A stretch of DNA of 64,000 nucleotides from Octopus sinensis (taxonomy: Eukaryota), in NCBI RefSeq assembly GCF_006345805.1, contig NC_043026.1, forward strand, positions 14,363,579 to 14,427,578, in the 5' to 3' direction. A program made the position numbers and the translations under genes. The notes under the pieces are model-generated. The model had not been told where the DNA came from. It worked only from the letters and a program-made list of their open reading frames with translations, and did not search any database. Shown one piece after another: positions 50,719 to 60,760 of the stretch (position 1 is its first letter; each line of letters begins with the position of its first letter).

Positions 50719-52025
50719 CACTACCACTACTATACGGGTCATACCATAAACTATACACTTATAAAGTGTGTGAGTATCCCCCTGTTGGCAATGGTTGAAA
50801 CAGTTTGGGAGTCTTTATGTGTTGTTTACTGTAAAGTTGTGTGGGAGTATAGGAAGGGGTTTCTACAAGTACTGCCACCTATACTGCAGTGGACATCACT
50901 ATGACAACTACTACCATCAATACCATCATCAATTCTGACTGAGACAATAACCGACACCATGACAACCACCACCACCACCACTGCAACCACCACAACATAA
51001 CAACAGACATCACCACCACTGATACTATCACAACTGCTATCATTGCCACCACCACTACCACCACCACCACCACTGCTACTGCCACCAGCGCTACCACCAC
51101 CAGAACAGATGCCACCATCACCAATGCAACAACAGATACTACCACCATAACAGACATCACCACCACTGCTGCCAGCACAGATACCACCAACATTACCACC
51201 AATACTACCACTACTACTATCATCACTGCTACAACCACAACTGCTACCATCATCACCACCACTGCTGCTGTCAGCAATATCTCCTATAGCACCACCACTA
51301 CCATCACCACCACCACCACCACCACCACCACCACCACACTACCATCACCACCACCACCACCACCACCACCACCACCACCACCACCACCACCACTACTACC
51401 ACCACCACCACCACCACCACCACCACCACCACTACCACCACCACCACCACCACTACTACCATCACCACCCCATCATCACCACCACCACCAACCACCACCA
51501 AAATCCTCATCGCCACCACCACCACACACCACCACCACCACTACCATCACCACCACCACCACCACACCACCACCGCCACCACCACCACCACCACCACCAC
51601 TACTACCATCACCACCACCACCGCCACCACTACCACCACCACTACTACCATCACCACCACCGCCACCACCACCTTCACCACCACCACACCACCACCACCA
51701 CCACCACCACCACCACCGCCACCACCACCACCACCACCACCACCATCACCACCACCACCATCACCACCACCACCACCACCACCTTCACCACCACCGCCAC
51801 CACCACCTTCACCACCACACCCCACCACCACCACCACCACCACCACCATACCACCACCACCGCCACCCACTACACCACCACTACTACATCACCACCACCG
51901 CCACACCACCACCACCACCCCACCACTACTACCATCACCACCACCACCACCACCACCACCACCACCACCACCACTACCACCACCACCACCACCACCGCCA
52001 CCACCACCACCACCACCATCATCAT
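50190..52025. repeat. (CTA)n and (CCA)n trinucleotide tracts
   Basis: Direct inspection; poly-T/V/G ORFs are artefacts. Confidence 0.95.
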
Positions 52026-52342
52026 CCTGACCAGGGTCTATTATGTTGTCTCACCGCCAAACATCCCCCGGACCATTCCAAGACCAGATCTATTTGTGTA
52101 TTTAGTTCAGTGGGAAAACAAAACAAAACAAAAAAAAGACAGCTTTGATGGTTAGCGATGGTGTAGTGGGGGTGGAGTGTAGTGGTAAGGTGCATTCTAG
52201 CACATAGTACGGTCCATTGTGGTTGGAAATTAAAGTAATTCTAATTTGCTAAATTATGATGATGGAGACTTTGCGTGGGAGATTTTCATTCATATATTAT
52301 AGACGTATGCGTATGTATATATATAATATATATATTATATAT

Positions 52343-52389
<47 letters not shown>

Positions 52390-52501
52390 TATTATATATA
52401 CATATACATATTATATATATATATATATATACATTATATATATATATACATATACATATATATATATATATACAAATACCATATATATATATATTACACA
52501 A

Positions 52502-52532
<31 letters not shown>

Positions 52533-52904
52533 ATATATATATATATATATAATATATATATATATATATAGGTAAAGTTTACGAAAAAAAAAAAAGACGA
52601 AGACAGGTGGTGTACAAAACAAACAGATGTATTAGTATAACGACTCAGGAATAGAAAAAGTATTTTACGTTTCGAGCCTACAGAAAGGGGCACAGAAAAA
52701 ACAAGGAGAGAAAAAAAGAGGAGAGAAACAAGGAGAGAAAAAAAAAGAGAGAAAAAAAATATATATATACACACATGTATACATATATAAATTTATTTAT
52801 AAATACATATATATATATATAGTTCAAATTTACAGAAAACAAAAGCTGAAGACAGGTGTAGGAACAAGCTGGTGTATTAGTTTAATGCTCAGGAAGAATG
52901 GAAA

Positions 52905-52945
52905 AGTGTTTGACGTTTCGAGCCTATGCTCTTCATCAGAAAAGA
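52905..52945 (-). ncRNA. Type I minimal hammerhead-like motif with a canonical core
   Basis: CTTTT CTGATGA A GAGC ATAG GCTC GAAAC GTC AAAC; a deleted sibling lies at ~52660-52690. Confidence 0.65.
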
Positions 52946-53790
52946 TTAAGTGGAAGAAAAGGAGGGAAATCGAAAAAAAAAAAAAAGAAAACGGAGAGAG
53001 AAAAGGATGTGTAGGGATTAAAGGTTCAACGTAACGAAAGGGCCAGAAGAAAGAGGCTGAATGAAAGGGAGATAGCAACAGTGATCTGGCCGAACAAATC
53101 TGCTCTCATGCGAACGTGTGTATGTGAGAATGGTGTATGTGAGTGTGTATGTACGAATGGGGGTGAGTGTGTGAGTATGTAGTGTGGGTGAGCTGAGAAA
53201 TATGTTATGTTTGTTCCTTCTCGAGCCATGCCTGGCTCGTAAGGGCCGGTCTCCCGGTTTCTTGGCGTATAGGTTCCTCACCTGGACGGGACACCGGTCC
53301 ATCGCAGGTGAGTTGCAAGATGCAGGAGGAAAGAGTGAGAGAAAGTTGTGGCGAAAGAGTCAGCAGAAGTTTCGCCATTACCTTCTGCCAGAGCCGCATA
53401 GAGCTTCGGTGTTTTCGCTCATAAACACACACATCGCCCGGTCTGAGATTCGAACCCGTGATCCCTCGACCGTGAGTCTGCTGCTCTAACCACTAGGTCA
53501 TGTGCCTCCACACTGAGAAATATGTTGAGAAATATGTGTTACATGTACAGGTATGTATGTATGTGTGTGTGTGTGTTCATATGGATGTGTGTATGTATGT
53601 GTGCAGTTATCATGTGTGTGTGTGCAAACGCATTGGCCTGGGTGTGTGTGTATGTATACAAGTAACCTAGTGTATGTGTTGTGTGGAGTGATATGTGTTT
53701 TGCGTATTTGTGTGTGAGTGCATGTATGGACATGTCTGTATGTGAGTATGCATATGGACGTGTGTTATATGTGTGAGACTAATGTGTGTG

Positions 53791-53825
<35 letters not shown>

Positions 53826-54299
53826 CATGTGCATGTGTGTACAAAGATTTGTGTTTAGACGTTGATGTATGCTTGTTCAGGTGGTGTGTGTACATGTATA
53901 TGTATGTGTGTGTGTGTGTGTGTGTGTGACCATATAGTGTGCATGTATATTTAGTCTATGTTTGTGGCAAAAGTTGTCTGTGTATGTGTGTGTTGTGTGA
54001 GTTTATGTGTGTTGCATGTGTGTATATATTGTCTGTGTTCAGACATTATGTGCTTGTGTAGGCGTGGGAGTGTGTATGATGGTGTTTTGTGTGCATACTG
54101 AGTTGAACAGTGAGTAGGTGTGCTCGTATAGTGGTGTGTGTGGAGACGCTATTGAAGAGTGTGTGTGGGTGTATGGATAATGGTGTGTAGATGTGTGGAT
54201 AAGGGTGTATGGTGTGGGTGCTGAGAAGTATTGGGTGCTGGGTGTGTGTGGAGTGGGAAGGTGTTTGTGGGTGTGTGGGAATCTGTGTGGGGTTGGTGC

Positions 54300-54545
54300 C
54301 AGATGAAGAGAGGCAGTGAGTTGAGCCCATATGGTGCAAAGGAACAAAGAGAGAAGATTAGTTCCTGTTCATGGTGAAGGCAACAGTCCGGGTGGCCCCT
54401 TCACAGAAAGTCTGAACACAGAAAGGACTTGTAGTGAATAACCGGTAGTAAGGGAGTGGCATGAGAACAGGGTGTCATTGCCAAGTCTGATGTCTTGGAG
54501 GTGCTCCTTGAACCGGCCAGTCAAGAGCTGTTCATAAAGGGTTTT
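54300..54545 (-). mobile_element. Penelope-like GIY-YIG endonuclease C-terminal relic
   Basis: GRFKEHLQDIRLGNDTLFSCHSLTTGYS, then after a frameshift HEQELIFSLCSFAPYGLNSL; resembles PLE RFxEH..D..E..LIF.L....P.GLN. Confidence 0.75.
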
Positions 54546-55208
54546 TTATGTGGATTTGTCTCCCTGCTGAGTGGGTCAAAAAAATAAATTACCAGTCAAG
54601 TGTTGGGAATGATGTAACCAACTTGTCCCTTTCCCTCAATATGTAGGCTTTGTGTCACAATTTGAAAAAAAGTTCACTTATTATTCTTTTTGTTTATCTA
54701 CAAAATACGAAAGTTGAGTAATGCCATGAAGCATAAAGCAAGTGGAGTTATGTCCCTTACATTAGAAAATTCTGCGGATGACCGGAAATTAATAAGGTGT
54801 TACTGTATCATCAAACAACATGGCTATTGTTCACAACTCAGCCCTGCTTTGAACTCTACCACAACCCTGCCGCCTCCCACCACAACCCTACCACCTCTAA
54901 CCACAATCCAGCCCCACCTTCAACCCGACCACAACCCTGCCACCTCCCACCACAACCCTACCACCTCTAACCACAATCCAGCCCCACCTTCAACCCGACC
55001 ACAACCCTGCCACCCTCACTACACCTCTGTTCCCATCCCAACAAAACATGCAATAATTTAATCCCTTTATTGCCATATTTCTGCTGACCCTTTTTCTTTG
55101 TTTTGATTAATTTTTCGCCCCCCACCCCACCCCACTGCCAAGAAAAATGAAGAATTTAGTAAAACAATTTTATCATTATTAAGCTAGTATTCGGAACATA
55201 TTTTAGGG

Positions 55209-56017
55209 CAGTGGCTCCCAAACTTTTTAGAGTCACGACCCACTATTTATCACACCGGTTTATGACGACCCACTTAACTCTACTGTCTATCTTGATAGAC
55301 AGCAGTTAATCAAAGTTAATGTGTAATTTTATAACTTTTTGCGACCCACTAAGATTCCTAATTCTTTATTACCCACAAGGGGCTAAACATAGAAGGGACA
55401 AACAAGGACAGACATAGGTATTAAGTCGATTACATCGACTCCAGTGCGTAACTGGTACTTAATTTATCGACCCCGAAAGGATGAAAGGCAAAGTCGACCT
55501 CGGCAGAATTTGAACTCACAACGTAACGGCAGACGAAATACCTATTTCTTTATTGCCCACAACGGGCTAAGCATAGAAGGGACAAACAAGGACAGACATA
55601 GGTACTAAGTCGATTACATCGACTCCAGTGCGTAACTGGTACTTAATTTATCGACCCCGAAAGGATGAAAGGCAAAGTCGACCTCGGCGGAATTTGAACT
55701 CACAACGTAACGGCAGAGAAATACCTATTTCTTTATTGCCCACAACGGGCTAAGCATAGAAGGGACAAACAAGGACAGACATAGGTACTAAGTCGATTAC
55801 ATCGACTCCAGTGCGTAACTGGTACTTAATTTATCGACCCCGAAAGGATGAAAGGCAAAGTCGACCTCGGCGGAATTTGAACTCAGAACGTAGCGGCAGA
55901 CGAAATACCGCTAAGCATTTTCGCCCGGCCTGCTAACGTTTCTGCCAGCTCGCCGACCCACTAAGATTTTGTTCATGACCCATTTGTGGGTTGTGACTCA
56001 TAGTTTGGGAACCACTG
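55209..56017. mobile_element. hAT MITE with an 8-bp TSD, containing a nested SINE M trimer
   Basis: CAGTGGCTCCCAAAC...GTTTGGGAACCACTG; ttttaggg on both sides (55201-55208 / 56018-56025). Confidence 0.9.
55357..55953 (-). mobile_element. SINE M head plus three bodies inside one 15-bp TSD
   Basis: cgacccactaagatt at 55342-55356 and 55954-55968. Confidence 0.9.
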
Positions 56018-56242
56018 TTTTAGGGTTAACACATATGTTGTGAAGGTGATGCTGTACACTGTCTTGGAATGCAGGAATCAATGTTTCTTCAGGTGGTGAA
56101 GCAGCTCTGTAGGTGACTTGGTACTTCCATCATGACACCAGACATCATGACACTGATGCAGGCAACAAAGCTTCCACGTAACAGCATGAGCTTTTGTTGA
56201 AGCAGATGTTCCAACTCTGGGCCAAATGTTTCTACCATCCTG

Positions 56243-56666
56243 TTTCTATATTACCCACAAGGGGCTAAACACAGAGGGGACAAACAAGGACAGACAAACG
56301 GATTAAGACAGTTACATCGACCTCCCCAGTGTGTAACTGGTACTTAATTTATCGACCCCGAAATGATGAAAGGCAAAGTCGACCTCGGCGGAATTTGAAC
56401 TCAGAACGTAACGGCAGACGAAATACCTATTTCTTTATTACCCACAAGGAGCTAAACACAGAGGGGACAAACAAGGACAGACAAACGGATTAAGACAGTT
56501 ACATCGACCTCCCCAGTGTGTAACTGGTACTTAATTTATCGACCCCGAAAGGATGAAAGGCAAAGTCGACCTCGGCGGAATTTGAACTCAGAACGTAACG
56601 GCAGACGAAATACGGCTACGCATTTCGCTCGGCACGTTAACGTTTCTGCCAGTTCGCCGTCTTATG
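56243..56666 (-). mobile_element. SINE M head plus two bodies inside one 17-bp TSD
   Basis: atgtttctaccatcctg at 56226-56242 and 56667-56683. Confidence 0.9.
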
Positions 56667-57059
56667 ATGTTTCTACCATCCTGCTGCACCATTCATCCTC
56701 TTACTTTCTCTCTCTTGAGCCAGTTGTAACGGCTTGCTTTCTCAGCACCTTCAAACAATTTTCTAGCAACATCTTTTCTCACTTTCATAGCGAGGTGGAA
56801 TTTTGGCAGAAGAAATTTTTAATTTGCATCATTTGTTTAACCTTTAGCCCACTGTATGTGCATCATGTCACTGTATGAGTTTTCTCCCTTGTAGTAATAG
56901 GGCAGTGTCAGAGAAAACCATTCTAGAGAATATGTGGTGTGCTAAAGTTTAAAACAAGAAGTTTGTATCATAGAAACAGAGGGCGGTCTGAGGCTTGGTA
57001 TCAAAAAGGTTAAATAAATATTGATTAATTAAAATGATTGAGATGAAATTTTGACTTAC

Positions 57060-57213
57060 TTTACTGATAAAATCAATAAACTCCTGAGTATTTGAAAAAT
57101 TTGAACATAACTTGTGAAAAGTTCCTGAATCTACAGTTTTGCTGTGTAGTTTTAAATTATCCAAACTTTGTAAGGTGGAATCAAATCCAGAAGATTTCAC
57201 TGTGTAGATGGTA
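57060..57213 (-). CDS. MCC: Probable preceding exon of the MCC-like gene
   Basis: Open frame xTIYTVKSSGFDSTLQSLDNLKLHSKTVDSGTFHKLCSNFSNTQEFIDFISK. Strong donor AAA|gtaagtc in phase 0, compatible with 9613. Acceptor catttcag at 57214, alternative acacag at 57200. Weak similarity to the recalled human segment (EYDS..LHKL..SYLELANT) that precedes LHSAAL. Confidence 0.55.
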
Positions 57214-57301
57214 CTGAAATGTTTTAAGGAATGCTGGCCTGGAATTTATAAATAATGAAAATATAACTGAGCCTTAATTTTCATTCATAGTGCATATATA
57301 A

Positions 57302-57335
<34 letters not shown>

Positions 57336-59753
57336 TGATGATGATGATATAAAGCCAACTTTTTGGATATTACCCTTAACTTATATAATGATTCATATTT
57401 CCTATACAATAAACCCTGTGGACATGCATACCACTTGCTGAGTTAATTTTATCCTCATGTGGTAATGAAAAGTGAAAGTGACATCCAATATTTGCTGGAG
57501 TTGTCTTTGATTTAACAATGTATCTATGAATCAACTTTTCTTTCGAGCTATGTATCTACTGTCTCTCTCACTTACTCTCTCACTTCCTCTTTGTCTCTCC
57601 TCTCTCCCACTTTTAATATAACAATGTGTCTATGTATCTATGTATCAACTTTTCTTTCGATCCATGTATCTACTGTCTCTCTCACTTTCTCGCTTTCTCT
57701 CTCACTTCCTCTGTGTCCCTCCTCTCTGCCGTTTTTAATTTAACCCTTTCATTACTGTATTTGTTTTGAGATGCTCTGTGTTTCTTTCAATTACTTTAAA
57801 TATAACAAAGAATTTAGTAAAATAACTTAGTTATCACTCAGCTAGTGTTAGGAACATAAATTGTGACTAAGTTTTGGTAGAAGATTTTTTATTCAAAACT
57901 TATGAAAACAAGACATTTGTACAACAGTGACAGAAGTGGTTTCAACCAGGTTGGTACCTAAAAGGGTTGAGAATTGTTTCTCTATTGTATATTTCAACAC
58001 TTTTGTTACCATATTTCTGTTTTGAGATGCTCTGTGCTTCTTTCAATTAATTTTAAATATAACAAAGAATTTAGTAAAATAACTTAGTTATCATTAAGCT
58101 AGTGTTAGGATCATAAATTGTGACTAAGTTTTGGTGGAAGATTTTAATTCAAAACTTATGAAAACAAGACATTTGTACTCAGAACCAGAGCTGGTTTCAG
58201 CCAGGTTGGTAACAAAAGGGGTGTATGTATCTGTGTATCAACTTTTCTTGCGATGTGATAAACATTTAAAAACACAAAACGAACGCCATCACCACTCACT
58301 ATCTCTCTCATTCTCTCTCTTTCTCTTTCACTTCCTCTCTGTCCTCCTCCCTCCCACTTTGCCACTCACTTCTTCCATTGAGGCAAGTGTGACGCACACC
58401 ACAGGTACGGATGTACAAAAACAAGTTGGGCATATTAATATTATTGATGATGACGATTATGTTAACAAGAATAACAGCAGCAACAATATCAACGACAATA
58501 GCTACAACATCTAAAACAGCGATGACAACAATAATAGCAATAACAAGAACAACAACAACAAACGAAATCAATAAAAATAGCGTTATAACAACAAACACAA
58601 CTACGACAATAAAAACAGCAACAGCAACACCACCACCGCCACCAACAACAACAATAATAACAAACAAAGGCGCAGGAGTGGCTGTGTGGTAAGTAGCTTC
58701 CTTACCAACCACATGGTTCCGGGTTCAGTCCCATTGCGTGGCATCTTGGGCAAGTGTCTTCTGCTATAGCCCCGGGCTGACCAATGCCTTGTGAGTGGAT
58801 TCGGTAGACGGAAACTGAAAGAAGCCTGTCGTATATATGTATATATATATATGTATGTGTGTGTGTTTGTGTGTCTGTGTTTGTCCCCCTAGCATTGCTT
58901 GACAACCGATGCTGGTGTGTTTACGTCACTGTTACTTAGCGGTTCGGCAAAAGAACCCAATAGAATAAGTACTGGGCTTACAAAGAATAAGTCCTAGGGT
59001 CGATTTGCTCGACTGAAGGCGGTGCTCCAGCATGGCCGCAGTCAAATGACTGAAACAAGTAAAAGAATAAACTGGTGTACTACTCACTTTTCCGAAACGC
59101 CAACATTTTGATACCCATCAGAATCGTCATAGGGGTGCTGTGGTGATGTGTGGTGGTAGCGGTGGTTGTGAATATAGCAATGTTAGAATGGAGGTACTGC
59201 TCAAGGCGCCGAGCTGGCAGAAACGTTAGCACGGTGGGCGAAATGCTTAGCAGTATTTCGTCTGTCGTTACGTTGTGAGTTCAAATTCCGCCGAGGTCGA
59301 CTTTGCCTTTCATCCTTTCGGGGTCGATAAATTAAGTACCAGTTACGCACTGGAGTCGATGTAATTGACTTAATACCTATGTCTGTCCTTGTTTGTTCCC
59401 TCTGTGTTTAGCCCCTTGTGGGCAATAAAGAAATAGGTACAGCTGTATAGGAATGTAAAGAGTGAAGAATTGTAGTGGTATGGTGGTGTAGTGTAATAAC
59501 GGTGCTGTAGTTGTATTGTGGTGGAGGTAGTATGCTCTCACAGAAGTCTGTGTCACCGACAAATCACAGAATAATAAAAACAAATGTTTAATGTTGTTAT
59601 ATGATGCATCCTTTCTGCATGTATGTGTGTGAGTAATTGTGTGAGTGTGTGTGGTGTGTATGTGCGTGCATGTATGTATGTATGTATATACATGTCTATA
59701 CACACATATATCTTCGTTGTTCTTTTAGATCCGCTTTCACAGGAAGAAACAAT

Positions 59754-59782
<29 letters not shown>

Positions 59783-59800
<18 letters not shown>

Positions 59801-59866
59801 ATATGATTGTATGTATATATATATATATATAATATATATATATATGTCTTACAACTTCACTTTGTT

Positions 59867-59898
<32 letters not shown>

Positions 59899-59970
59899 AC
59901 AAAGTGAAGTTGTAAGACATATATATATATATATATATACATACAATCATATATTTACACACACACACAC
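59783..59970. repeat. Foldback palindrome centred on (TA)n
   Basis: gtcttacaacttcactttgtt / aacaaagtgaagttgtaagac and aaatatatgattgtatg / catacaatcatatattt are mirrored. Confidence 0.9.
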
Positions 59971-60760
59971 ATGTATGTTTGTGTGTGTGTATATGTATGT
60001 TTCTTTTTTCCTTTTCCTTCTATTAATCTTTCACTCCTACTGTTCTTCAGTTCTTTCAATCCCTACTCTCTCTCTCTCTCTCCCCCCTCTCTCCCCCCTC
60101 TCTCTCTCTCTCTTTCTCTTTCAATCTTTAGTATTTTACAGGATTGTCAAGTCTTCAATGTTGATGAACTATAAATTTACGTGTTTGTATGTATAAATAC
60201 ATACATACAAACACATAAATTGATACATACACACATACACTCTTTTTTTACTCTTTTACTTGTTTCAGTCATTTGACTGTGGCCATGCTGGAGCACCGCC
60301 TTTAGTCCAGGACTTATACTTTGTAAGCTTAGTACTTATTCTATCGGTCTCTTTTGCTGAACCGCTAAGTTACGGGGACATGAACACACCAGCATCGGTT
60401 GTCAAGCAATGCCAGGGGGACAAACACAGACACACAAACATATACACATACATATATATATATATATACATATATATGGCGGGCTCCTTTCAGTTTCCGT
60501 CTACCAAATCCACTCACAAGGCATTGGTTGGCCCAAGGCTATAGTAGAAGACACTTGCCCAAGGTGCCATGTAGTGGGACTGAACCCGGAACCAAGTGGT
60601 TGGTAAGCAAGCTACTTACCACGTATATACATTCACACAGATTTGTACAAAAACCTTCAAATACTTGATTTCACAGAGAAAGAGCAAAAGAAACTGATGC
60701 AGATTTTCCAAATTCAATCTTTTAGTGGCACAGACAGGATTTATAAGGCATGTGAATATA

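Larger units (their letters stand above)
9614..57059 (-). other. Inferred ~47.4-kb intron of the MCC-like gene
   Basis: Lies between the two phase-compatible exons; no other MCC-like coding sequence recognised inside. Confidence 0.5.

Noticed and set aside
56030-56830. Possible decayed mariner-type transposase on the minus strand around the SINE M dimer
   Set aside because: Only vague motif resemblance; too degraded to support.
59088-59137. Possible 50-nt MCC exon (HPYDDSDGYQNVGVSE) with a gtgagt donor, phase-compatible with 57213
   Set aside because: The acceptor is CA-rich and weak and there is no convincing homology; RNA-seq is needed.
60643-60760. FTEKEQKKLMQIFQ, reminiscent of an EF-hand entry helix
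   Set aside because: On the wrong strand for MCC and lacks a calcium-binding loop.
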